A stretch of DNA of 35,521 bases from Pseudomonadota bacterium. GTDB taxonomy: Bacteria; Pseudomonadota; Alphaproteobacteria; RF32; CAG-239. Every line of letters begins with the position of its first letter. Positions within the stretch are counted from its first letter, which is position 1. The notes beneath the pieces were generated by a model, which had not been told where the DNA came from, ran no database searches, and was given only the letters and a program-made list of their open reading frames with translations. Of this stretch, positions 1 through 8,500 are shown in pieces. The translations under genes and the position numbers were made by a program. The DNA lies in NCBI GenBank assembly GCA_918234285.1, contig CAKJXZ020000027.1, positions 1 through 35,521 of the forward strand, written 5' to 3'.

Positions 1-365
1 GCATTGCCATGAAAGTTTTGATTTTCCCTCATTGTCTTTCTTGAATGGCAGCTCTGGCACATTGGTTGCAGGTTGCTGTCATCATAAAAAAGATTTAAGT
101 CACCACGATGCGGCACAATATGGTCAGCGATGGTTGCAGGTTTACCGCAAATAAAACACGTCGGGTATTTTTTTAGAAAAGCTGCACGACGTTTTCTCCA
201 CTCAGCTGATTCATAAAGTCTGTGATATTCACTGCTTTTTCCACGTTTTGTGAAAAGCTTGCGATTATCGCGTTGAGCTTGCAAAGCAATATGTTTTGCA
301 CAGAAGTCCTTGCCGTTGATTGCAGCTCTTCCACATCCAGCTTTCATACAAATCTTAGTTTTCAT
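1..365 (-). CDS. HNH endonuclease (HK97 gp74-like terminase cofactor), 3' end runs off the window
   Basis: Manual translation from ATG 365: MKTKICMKAGC...LYESAEWRKRRAAFLKKYPTCFICGKPATIADHIVPHRGDLNLFYDDSNLQPMCQSCHSRKT (CxxC, DHI, NL, CxxCH). Absent from the ORF track. Confidence 0.93.
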   Translation of the reverse strand, partial: MKTKICMKAGCGRAAINGKDFCAKHIALQAQRDNRKLFTKRGKSSEYHRLYESAEWRKRRAAFLKKYPTCFICGKPATIADHIVPHRGDLNLFYDDSNLQPMCQSCHSRKTMRENQNFHGN

Positions 366-849
366 CAAAACCACCTGTTGACCCTGCTTGAAAAATCTTT
401 CTTGAATGAATCCAGACTGAGTTCATCATTTGCGCTTGTCCTGTAAAACAAGGCATGGCGTAAACCGTCTTTAAGGACCACAATAAAGTTTTTCGTAACA
501 TAGTACCCCTTATCAAAACGCCGAAACACATACTCAAAAGCACAGTGCACAATTTCCGTCTGGCGTTCCTCGTCAATAAAACACTTTTTTTTTTAAGGTA
601 GCTCCACAACAGTCTCTGCAAAACTTTGTAGCCCAGAAGAAACATCTGCTGTCTTGCTTCATAATTGTTCTGCTTATACCAGGCATACTGATAATTAAAC
701 AGTTTCTCATTATCATTTACAGGTGATTCGTAGTAGGGGAGCTGCACTTCTGAAGCCAGTTCATAAGCTTCTTTTTTCTTTTCATCATCTTTAAGTTTGC
801 TGTTAAGCTTTTCGTAAAACTCAACGTCAAACAATAACCCCTGTTCCAT
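365..849 (-). CDS. Putative late-transcription regulator with sigma-70 region-2-like pattern; frameshifted at the A10 run 585-594
   Basis: Adding one A joins the N-part of ORF 355..849 to ORF 365..550: NNYEARQQMFLLGYKVLQRLLWSYLKKKKCFIDEERQTEIVHCAFEYVFRRFDKG..NFIVVLKDGLRHALF. Its stop overlaps the HNH start (TGATG). Confidence 0.45.
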
Positions 850-857
850 TTCAACTC

Positions 858-1076
858 CTATTGATAACGCGGCTGTCTTTCACAAAACAAAACAGTATCG
901 AAGTGCTTCTTAAGTTTGTCATAAAGAAACTCGCCACAATCCTCTTTGGATTTGCATTCAGCTTTCCAGCCAAGCTCTTCACAAGTTTTGCAATTCCACC
1001 AGGCAACGAAGCCACGTCTTATGACTGAGCCTTCCCAGTTTACAAACTGCATTTTCTTAATATCGTTTATTGTCAT
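858..1076 (-). CDS. Hypothetical Cys-rich phage protein
   Basis: 72-aa ORF with ATGA overlap with the replication gene. Confidence 0.6.
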   Translation of the reverse strand: MTINDIKKMQFVNWEGSVIRRGFVAWWNCKTCEELGWKAECKSKEDCGEFLYDKLKKHFDTVLFCERQPRYQ

Positions 1077-2323
1077 TTCTGCCCGTTTTTCTTAAGCAGC
1101 AGCTTTGCTACTCTGTTCGGATCCGTTGGACTTATACCGTACTTCAAGTATTCATCGTCCAAGAAATTAGCACCAGCTCTAAGCTCATTCTGGTGATGTT
1201 CATATTCGCGCTGGTACTGATCAGCTGAACTTACTGACGTTTCCGGCTGATTGTATTTTTGTGCCACGTTGTAAGCCAGCATACTCCACACTGTCTGATT
1301 TGCCATTCTTTGCGGCAGATATGGCAAGTCACGCCAGTATTTGAACCGTTCATCATCGGATGAGCGTATTTCGTCAAAGACTTTGCAAATACTTTTTGCA
1401 AGTTCTTTTCTGTCAGCCTGAATCCTCAACTCAAAAATCCTGTCCGCTATAACGTTTACAAGCCGCAAGCCTTTTTGAACGTCATACGCCGGATTGTTGT
1501 CTTTGAAAAAATCGCTAAGGATATTACAGACCTCCCCCCTTGTTTTTTCATCAGGACATGGCACAGAAAGTGCATTTTCTTTTTCTTCGACCTCAGTGCC
1601 ATTGCAATTACCAGCAGCATCAGTTTCAGAAAAAAGATTTTGAGAATCAGCAGATTCTTTTGTATCTGTCAAATCTGAATCTTCTCCATACCGCCCAGGC
1701 GTAATAAAAGCCGCAGGGCGGTTCTCATCAGCCACACAGTCTATTCTGAGGGGCTCTTGTGTGTGTGTTCTTATTTCTGTACTCTCTTTAAATTCCTCTA
1801 TCTTATCCTTTTCTATCTCTCTTATCTGTGAACCCCCTTGTGTATAGTGTTGTATAGGGTTTTTAACCCCCTTTTGACCCGGTTCTACATCGTTTTTTAA
1901 TGTGTCTAGATTTTTAGACATTCCACAAAAAAAGGTGTCTGTTTTCTGTTTTTCCTTCCACAATTCGATTGCAATTTTCACGCGCTGTTCAAGAGATCTG
2001 TCACCCTTTCCGCTGTAGTCCCATTCCTTAAAGAGGTAGATGGAACTGCCTGGAATATTTGCGATAATCTTTTTTGCCATCATTTCGCGCAAAACAAGAA
2101 AAACATCTTCCGGGTTGTCAACCAGACAAAGCTCTGCAAACTCAGAACCGTCCTCAACATCAAAGATTCCATCAGGCGTTGCCCTTGAAGCTCCACCCTG
2201 ATAAAGCATAAACGGCAGATAACGCAGCTCGTGCGGGATTTGTCGTACTACCGCTAGCATAGCCTTATTATCCAGTAAGTCACTTGGAATCTTGCACCAT
2301 GGTTTTGAGTTATAAAAACCCAT
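1073..2323 (-). CDS. Phage replication initiator / replisome organiser-like protein
   Basis: N-terminal WCKIPSDLL...winged-helix-like region, low-complexity linker (IREIEKDKIEE), early-operon position. Start moved to ATG 2323 behind AAGGAG. Confidence 0.7.
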   Translation of the reverse strand: MGFYNSKPWCKIPSDLLDNKAMLAVVRQIPHELRYLPFMLYQGGASRATPDGIFDVEDGSEFAELCLVDNPEDVFLVLREMMAKKIIANIPGSSIYLFKEWDYSGKGDRSLEQRVKIAIELWKEKQKTDTFFCGMSKNLDTLKNDVEPGQKGVKNPIQHYTQGGSQIREIEKDKIEEFKESTEIRTHTQEPLRIDCVADENRPAAFITPGRYGEDSDLTDTKESADSQNLFSETDAAGNCNGTEVEEKENALSVPCPDEKTRGEVCNILSDFFKDNNPAYDVQKGLRLVNVIADRIFELRIQADRKELAKSICKVFDEIRSSDDERFKYWRDLPYLPQRMANQTVWSMLAYNVAQKYNQPETSVSSADQYQREYEHHQNELRAGANFLDDEYLKYGISPTDPNRVAKLLLKKNGQK

Positions 2324-2401
2324 AACTATTTTTACTCCTTGCGTTTTCGTTTTCTGCATCCGTGATTTCCGCCGGATGCGCTGTTTCCGCCGCATTATTC
2401 G

Positions 2402-2659
2402 CTATAAGTCAGGTAATTCACAGGTAATTTCTTTTACTGATTCAGATTCACCATCCTTGAAAATCCATAAGATTTTTGGATAAACATTTTCTATCCAATC
2501 GCAAGCCGTGAAGTAAATAGAATCAGAAAGATTGTAAGAATCTGTGATTTTGCGTTTACCTTTTGCCGCCTGGCGTTCATAGTTTTTTTTGTCTACAAAA
2601 GCCTGTTTACTGATGGCAGCTAAAAGATTCCTGCACCCCTGCTTACATAGTGAAGTCAT
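2402..2659 (-). CDS. Hypothetical early protein
   Basis: 85-aa ORF, ATGA-coupled to its upstream neighbour. Confidence 0.6.
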   Translation of the reverse strand: MTSLCKQGCRNLLAAISKQAFVDKKNYERQAAKGKRKITDSYNLSDSIYFTACDWIENVYPKILWIFKDGESESVKEITCELPDL

Positions 2660-2925
2660 TTTTTTGCTGCCTCCTTCTGAAAGTAAGCAGCTTCTTCTTC
2701 AAGTCCTTCTACGCAGAACTTAAAATCTTTGTATCTTTTTTCCTGTAGGATTCCAGCCGGTTTAATAGCTTCATCAACTTTCAAGCTGTTTTTTTTGTGA
2801 AAAAATCCGTCACCGGCAGCTTCATAAAACTGCACAAAATATGAATCAGATTTCTGAGCTTCCAGAGCCCTTTGTGCACGAAGGCAAAGTTCCTGCATTT
2901 TGTCATAATACTCATACCAGTTCAT
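2656..2925 (-). CDS. Hypothetical early protein
   Basis: 89-aa ORF with AAGGAG RBS, coupled to xis. Confidence 0.65.
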   Translation of the reverse strand: MNWYEYYDKMQELCLRAQRALEAQKSDSYFVQFYEAAGDGFFHKKNSLKVDEAIKPAGILQEKRYKDFKFCVEGLEEEAAYFQKEAAKK

Positions 2926-3098
2926 ACGGCAGCTCCTTTTGTCACAACATGAGCTTCAAGATAAGCTTTTAAATCAGAAATATAGTAAAGCCGGATATTG
3001 TTAATCTTGATGTAAGGAATATCAAGATTAAACATTGTAGTCCGGCTGACCGAAAGCATTTGACACGCTTCCTTAACCTTTACGCATAAACGCTCCAT
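2922..3098 (-). CDS. xis: Excisionase-like winged-HTH protein (58 aa)
   Basis: Manual translation MERLCVKVKEACQMLSVSRTTMFNLDIPYIKINNIRLYYISDLKAYLEAHVVTKGAAV with AAGGAG RBS; below the ORF-track cutoff. Confidence 0.8.
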   Translation of the reverse strand: MERLCVKVKEACQMLSVSRTTMFNLDIPYIKINNIRLYYISDLKAYLEAHVVTKGAAV

Positions 3099-3107
3099 AC
3101 GCGCTCC

Positions 3108-3176
3108 TTAAAAGAGTAGGGATTGCTCCGCAGATTACTGCCACCAGTTCCGTCGATAATTGCGGAAACAATCCCC
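3108..3176 (-). terminator. Long imperfect hairpin with ACUCUUUU tail just before the xis RBS
   Basis: gggattgctccgcagatta (3119-3137) versus taattgcggaaacaatccc (3157-3175). Confidence 0.45.
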
Positions 3177-3268
3177 GAAAAGATATTATTTTATGACCTC
3201 AGACTGACAGCCTGGAAAGTCCAAAAGAAGCGCGGCTGGTTAATGGTAGGAGAGGTTACCCCAGCCGC

Positions 3269-3322
3269 AAAAAAAAGCCCCGCGAACAGACTCGAGCGTT
3301 AGGAGAATCTGTCACAAGGCTT
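3269..3322 (-). terminator. Intrinsic terminator/attenuator in the early leader
   Basis: RNA GCCUUGUG-ACAGAUUC-loop-GAGUCUGU-U-CGCGGGGC followed by U9. Confidence 0.7.
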
Positions 3323-3478
3323 TAATATGTTATGTAACCGCCCGTCGGAAAGAAGGGTGAGGTTAGTATAACCATAGTCTGTAACGCTCGACTTGTCTCT
3401 TCTAAGCTTTGTCGTCAAGAGAAAGCTTAGAACCATTACTATAGTAATGGCGGCAAGAATTGGCAATTGCCAACCTTT
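3269..3478 (-). ncRNA. Putative ~200-nt structured leader RNA
   Basis: Lies between a TTGACA promoter and a U9 terminator. Perfect stems at 3433-3450, 3400-3432 and 3361-3373; no convincing ORF. Confidence 0.5.
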
Positions 3479-3536
3479 AATATATTAATAAACGCAAACG
3501 CCAATTCTGTCAAGAAAAAAAATAAGCATTTGCCAA
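3460..3536. promoter_or_regulatory. Three putative repressor operators
   Basis: ttggcaattgccaa (3460-3473, perfect palindrome), aacgcaaacgccaa (3491-3504) and taagcatttgccaa (3523-3536), spaced 31-32 bp apart. Confidence 0.7.
3485..3513 (-). promoter_or_regulatory. Early lytic sigma-70 promoter
   Basis: TTGACA (3513-3508), 17-nt spacer, TATTAA; the spacer overlaps the middle operator. Confidence 0.6.
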
Positions 3537-3572
3537 TTTTTTTTTACGATAATTTGAATAGAGGTATTATTT

Positions 3573-3908
3573 ATGACAGATTTCGTTAGAAGGATTGACA
3601 GTGTGCTTGAAAAAAAGAACTTTAAACGCGCTGCATTGTGCTCAGATCTTGCTTTAAGTTCAACATCAATAACAGATTGGTCCAGAAGAAACACAATTCC
3701 AGCTGGTGATATATGCATCCGCATTGCCGATTATCTGAATGTATCGGTTGAATGGCTTGTCACCGGAAAAAAAAAAGGGCTTTCATCAGAAGAGCGCAAT
3801 TTATTAAGACAGTGGTCTTATCTCACTCCCCAGCAGAAAGAAACAATTCAAACTCTGCTTGATAAGTGGGAAGAAAACTACAACGCCGCTAAAAAAGAAA
3901 ACGCCTGA
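3573..3908 (+). CDS. cI: CI-like XRE-family HTH repressor without a peptidase domain
   Basis: HTH_3 pattern RAALCSDLALSSTSITDWSRRNTIP...IADYLNVSVEWLVTG. It is the only convincing plus-strand gene and is divergent from the early operon. Confidence 0.88.
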   Translation: MTDFVRRIDSVLEKKNFKRAALCSDLALSSTSITDWSRRNTIPAGDICIRIADYLNVSVEWLVTGKKKGLSSEERNLLRQWSYLTPQQKETIQTLLDKWEENYNAAKKENA

Positions 3909-3923
3909 ACGAATTGCAGATTA

Positions 3924-5180
3924 TCAGGTTATGATTTCACCAAAGCAGTCATATTGAGCAGCTGTTATAAGCTTTGCTTCTTCTTCTGTCTGGTGTGCTG
4001 CATAGTGTTCAAGCATCGCCTGTGTTTTGTGCCCGGTCTGACTTTGCAAGGCCTTCTGATTCACGCGGTCTGCCATATAAGTTGTGTAGAAATGTCTCCA
4101 GGCATGGAAGGTTATCTGCTTTGAATCTTCAACGCTCATTCCGGCTTCTACAAGTGCACGCCGGAAAAACTTGCGGAAAATGTTCTGGTCAATCGGTTTA
4201 TTCGGCACAAGCCCCCAGAAAACAAAACCAGCTCCATTTCTATAAGGATTTGCTTCTGCAAGATGCCTGAGCTGGTCCATTATGTAAGGGAAGGCAACAA
4301 ACACAATGCGCTCTTCAGTGTTCTTTGTACACTTCAAGCCGTCTTTCTGACTGTATGAGTGCCTTACATAAATGCAGCTTTTCCCCAGATCATCACCGGT
4401 AAGAGCAAGTATTTCTCCAAGCCTAAGCCCTGTACACATTGCAAGCATTGAAGCAAGCCGCGCAAGCTCATTATCCCACTTAACACGGAAAACATTCCTT
4501 GCCATTTCCATTGTAAGAATAACGCGCTTTTTATAAACGGTTTTGTACATTATCCAGCCTTTTGAAATGTCGCGAGGAATAAGCTCATTGTTATAAGCCC
4601 ATTTCAACGGTGTAAGAACAGCTCTCAGAACGTGATTTTTTGTGTTGCCGTTCAGATCCAAATTATCCAGCCGGTCAAACTGCTGCTGGATGTCGTTTCT
4701 TGAAAGTTCTCCAAGCTTCTTATCTTTGAGGATTTCTCCCCAGTGATTTTTTATAAACTGAATTGAGTTTTCAATGTGCTTACGGTGAACCGCTTGCCCC
4801 TTGCGCTTTTTCTCGCGCAAATATTCAGATTTTTCCGGATTCCAGAAATCATAAAGCCAGGCAAGAGCATTGACGTTCATAACGCTTTCATCATTTAGAA
4901 CATAAGATGTTAAGAAACCTTTGCGCCTAAAATCATCAAGAAACATCTGCACATCCTGCATTGTGTAGTTTGATTTTCTGATTGTGTCGTAAAAAGAAAG
5001 TGTTGCAATTTCTTCTGACTTTTGATTGTACAAATCCCAGGCTTTACGCAAAGCGCGATTATAGTTCTTTTCCTTTGTGGAAAGCCAGCACATAAACTTA
5101 CCTGTGTTTTCATTGCGGAAACGCACGTAATAGAACGGTGATTCACCGCGAGTGGTGAGAGAGAAGGGGAGTTTTTTCAT
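3924..5180 (-). CDS. int: Tyrosine integrase
   Basis: TGLRLGEILAL, TKN, FHAWRHFY, GHKT and HY catalytic motifs. Start at ATG 5180 behind GAGGT. Confidence 0.95.
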   Translation of the reverse strand: MKKLPFSLTTRGESPFYYVRFRNENTGKFMCWLSTKEKNYNRALRKAWDLYNQKSEEIATLSFYDTIRKSNYTMQDVQMFLDDFRRKGFLTSYVLNDESVMNVNALAWLYDFWNPEKSEYLREKKRKGQAVHRKHIENSIQFIKNHWGEILKDKKLGELSRNDIQQQFDRLDNLDLNGNTKNHVLRAVLTPLKWAYNNELIPRDISKGWIMYKTVYKKRVILTMEMARNVFRVKWDNELARLASMLAMCTGLRLGEILALTGDDLGKSCIYVRHSYSQKDGLKCTKNTEERIVFVAFPYIMDQLRHLAEANPYRNGAGFVFWGLVPNKPIDQNIFRKFFRRALVEAGMSVEDSKQITFHAWRHFYTTYMADRVNQKALQSQTGHKTQAMLEHYAAHQTEEEAKLITAAQYDCFGEIIT

Positions 5181-5211
5181 AATAACCTCGTAAATGTTTT
5201 TACAGGTTATT
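5181..5211 (-). promoter_or_regulatory. Hairpin occluding the integrase Shine-Dalgarno sequence
   Basis: AAUAACCU-GUAAA-AACA-UUUAC-G-AGGUUAUU-AUG: 13 bp with one bulge. Confidence 0.65.
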
Positions 5212-5244
5212 CTAACTTTGAGCCTTTCCGACGGGCGTTTTTTT

Positions 5245-5552
5245 TGTACCACTTTGTGTACCACTCATTAATGCACTGTTCTTTTCAGTACATTAAAAGT
5301 GGTATTTTGTGGTATAACTCTATATTTTTTATAGAGTTGTGTATTATGATGCTTGACGGGCTCGAACCGCCGACCTGCTGCTTAGAAGTTTGGTCCGTAA
5401 AGCGTTCAAATCAATACACGATAGTTTATAATAACCTGCTAATTTGAAATAATATATTGATTTAACTGTGTTTGCAAGTACATTTTAATATATAACAGTA
5501 CACAATAATACAATGTAAAAATATATTATTGTGTACCAGATTTGAATACCAG
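5245..5552. other. attP region with arm-type integrase sites
   Basis: tgtaccact twice (5245-5253, 5257-5265), inverted agtggtatt/tgtggtata (5298-5316), and tgtgtaccag/tgaataccag (5530-5552) flanking the tRNA-derived core. Confidence 0.7.
5347..5388 (-). tRNA. 3' half of tRNA-Arg(UCU), the attP core (not a functional tRNA)
   Basis: CT-TCT-AA GCAGC AGGTC GGCGG TTCGAGC CCGTC AAGCATC A: anticodon loop, T-arm and 3' acceptor strand. The 5' anticodon stem is absent (CCAAA instead of GCTGC). Confidence 0.85.
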
Positions 5553-5556
5553 AAAT

Positions 5557-5587
5557 AAAAAAAAGAACACTCATAAAAGTGTTCTTT
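5557..5587 (-). terminator. Late-operon terminator
   Basis: aaagaacact/agtgttcttt 10-bp stem with a U-run, just after the tail fibre stop codon. Confidence 0.75.
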
Positions 5588-5598
5588 AGACAAATGTT

Positions 5599-8500
5599 TT
5601 ATCCGTTTGATATTTTTAACGTTCCAGAAGAAACATATAACTGACCTTTTGTTCCCGGATCGTTGGAAGGTAAATCATTGAATAAAACTATAAGCCTACG
5701 CCCTGAATCATAATATATAATATATTCGCTACCAAGTTGAGAGGAAAAAGAAGGACCTTCAATCGGTGTGTCCGCACAGCCATATATATCTTGCGTTGTT
5801 GTAATTGTTAATACATATCCTTCTGTTCTGCCACTATAATAATAGCGTATACTCTCGATTTCTTCACCATTAAATCTACCTGAATAATCAGATCCACCAT
5901 ATAACTGCTCAATTGAATAAGTAATACCAGCAGTTAATCCCTTTGATTGTAAATGAGAAAGAAGTGTTGCCCATGTAGAAGATGCCTGGCAAGAATAAGA
6001 AACTGAACTTGAAGATGATTCTTTATATTTTATTTTCATTGCCTGATTTTCAATCAAACCTTCAAAAACGGCATTTCCACCTATTCTAAGATTTCCAAAC
6101 AAATCCGCTGAGCCGTCTGGATTAAACTTATATCCTGAATATTTACCCATCTGATATGTGTCCAATTTTAATTGTACACCATCTTGTGTCCATTTTATTT
6201 TGATATAATTCAATTGATTATCGTTTTCATTTGGATAATCATTCATAGAAAAAGCAGTCCATGTTGTTGGTGTGTCTGTAGAGTTATTGACATAACCATA
6301 AGAAACAACATGACTACCACCATTTAAATAAGTGAAAGATGTTGCACCATTATCATCTGAAATCCTAATCTGATTACAAGATATTTGCGGTATTGGTGAC
6401 CAGTGTACACCATCATAAGAATACTCTATCAAAAGCGGTATTTTTTGATAATTTTCGCTTTGTAATGTTCCCTGAAAAAGTCCATCAACACATTTAAAAA
6501 AACCTAACGCATCTAAATATACGCCTCTTGTCAAAGTAGATTGAGGGTCAATTGTTCCATCTGGTAGATACTTACCACCATACAGTGCACCAACTTTTGT
6601 TTCACCGGAAATAACTTCTGTAATAAGCTTAATTTTATTTACAAAACAATCGTGCAGAAATACTTCAGCTGCAACAAGCCGCTTTACAAGCTGAACGGCT
6701 TTTACATTCTGATTTGAGGCATCATCAACTATATTCATAATGTCGCTGAATGATGTCATTGTGTCTGCATCATCAGAATATTCAGCCCAGGAAAGTGTGT
6801 TGAGTGCTGTCTGTATGAGCTGGTAATTATATGTCTGCTTTCTGGTTCCTTCGGCACCGCCCCATGTAACAAAATCTCCAAGCGTTGCAGCAACCGTACT
6901 GCCACTAACTGTTGCAGTAGATGTTGTCAGAGCTGTTGCAAGTCCTAAATACTTTCCGGATTTTGTTGAAATAATGTTTATTCTTCTTGCAAACTCAACG
7001 CCGCCGGATGTGGTTATTGTTAAATCAATATAACCGGCTGGAGCTGTTCCGCCGGATGTTGTTTTGAATGTAAAGGTCGCTGTTTTTGTTGTTGAATCAT
7101 AAGAAACATAACCTGTTGTTGTAATGCCCTGACTGTTAGTAAAGTCTGCAACATAACTCTTTAATGAAAGCTTTTCTGATTCTATTGCAACAAAAGCCGC
7201 AATATACATTTCCTGATAATTTGCAGTGCCGTCGCGCCTTAATGTATAGTGTAGGGTGTCTGCATCGGTCTGTAATGAAGCTGAATCAAAAGGGTAATAG
7301 GTTGACAAAACTGTTTCATCCTTTGTGCCGCTTTCATAAACATTTACAGTCTTTGTTAAAATAAACTTTCCCTGCTGTACTTCCGGCTTGTCAAACGTCC
7401 AGTTATAAGCAGTTTCCCCATCTTCTGAAATTGCATAGAGAGTGTAAGTATTAATAATTACATCTGTCATTAAAACTGGAGCTGTCCAGGTTGTGCCACC
7501 ATCAGTTGATTCTATGACGTACAAATCTCCATCCTGATAAGTCTGATGCCATTCGCCGCCAGTCTGAAGCTCTAAATCATCATCTGTATCAAGAGTTAAA
7601 TATGTACCGTCATCAAGTTCAAGCAAGCCATCCGGCGGAACTGAAGATGCACTATACTTACGCATAACATTATTGCCCGGATCTCCCTTGTCTCCCTTTT
7701 CACCCTGTGGCCCCTGACTTCCTGTGTCTCCCTTTGCGCCTTGCGGTCCTTGTGCACCGGTATCGCCTTTATCACCTTTTGCGCCATCGTCCACGATAGG
7801 AATAATGTCCTGATCAAGAAGGGTAGTAAAACCGCCTTCATAGTAGAGTTCACATCTAATGGCTTTGTAACTGCTTTGAATGGTGATTGCCATTGCCATT
7901 GTTGATTCATCAGATGATGATGAGTAGATTTGTGTCCAGTCGTTTGTTCCAGGTTCTGCAACTTCTGTTTTCCAGATTTTAAGCCTTCCGGCATAAGCTT
8001 CTACACCTTGCGTGCCGGTTTTCTTTTTTGCATGAACATTAATTGTGCCTGGTGTAAAAACACCAGCAGCGTTTTTTTTGATTGCAGCTGCATCTTCTAT
8101 AAGCCAGTACGATGTAGAAGAAGCACCAGTTGCGCCTGTGTCTCCCTTTTCACCCTGTGGCCCCTGACTTCCAGTATCGCCTTTTTCGCCCTGCTGTCCT
8201 GTGGCACCTGTAGAGCCATAAGAACAGAAAGCGGAAACAAGAAGCTCTGTTCTGTTTTCGTCTGAATAAATCTTAACAAGGTGTTTGTTTCTTCCGGTGC
8301 CACCGGTGATTGTTGCAGCTCCTTCTGTAACACTGCCTGTTGGTCCTGTCTGGCTTGCACCGCTTTCTCCTGTTCCATAAAAATCAGAATAATAAACGGT
8401 ATTTTCGCAAAGTTCACCATCTTTATAAACCAACAGAGAAACGTCAGATCCGATTGCTGACATAGAAAGACTGCATTCATACACAGGGGCGGCGGTTGCA

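Noticed and set aside
355-584. C-terminal half of ORF 355..849 as translated in the track
   Set aside because: The alternative frame 365..550 looks more protein-like and couples precisely to the HNH start.
1903-1920. Inverted repeat tgtcta...tagaca as a replication origin
   Set aside because: The location is plausible, but I could not find a convincing iteron set.
2324-2395. Arg-rich N-terminal extension of the replication protein
   Set aside because: A better RBS precedes ATG 2323, and the region contains a hairpin.
3485-3724. 79-aa minus-strand ORF as cro
   Set aside because: It is antisense to cI, runs over the promoter and operators, and has no HTH pattern.
5220-5245. Plus-strand terminator gcct-ttccgac-gggc-g-T8 as the full explanation of the shared 14-mer
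   Set aside because: The stem is weak, and the second copy at 3339-3352 has neither the stem nor the T-run.
5181-5264. Integrase start at GTG 5264
   Set aside because: The extension overlaps attP arm sites and lacks an RBS, whereas ATG 5180 has GAGGT.
5347-5420. Functional phage tRNA gene
   Set aside because: The D-arm, 5' acceptor strand and 5' anticodon stem are missing; it is an att core.
7680-8215. Collagen repeats as a third VR or a CRISPR-like array
   Set aside because: There is no similarity to TR and no repeat-spacer periodicity; these are ordinary GxY coding repeats.
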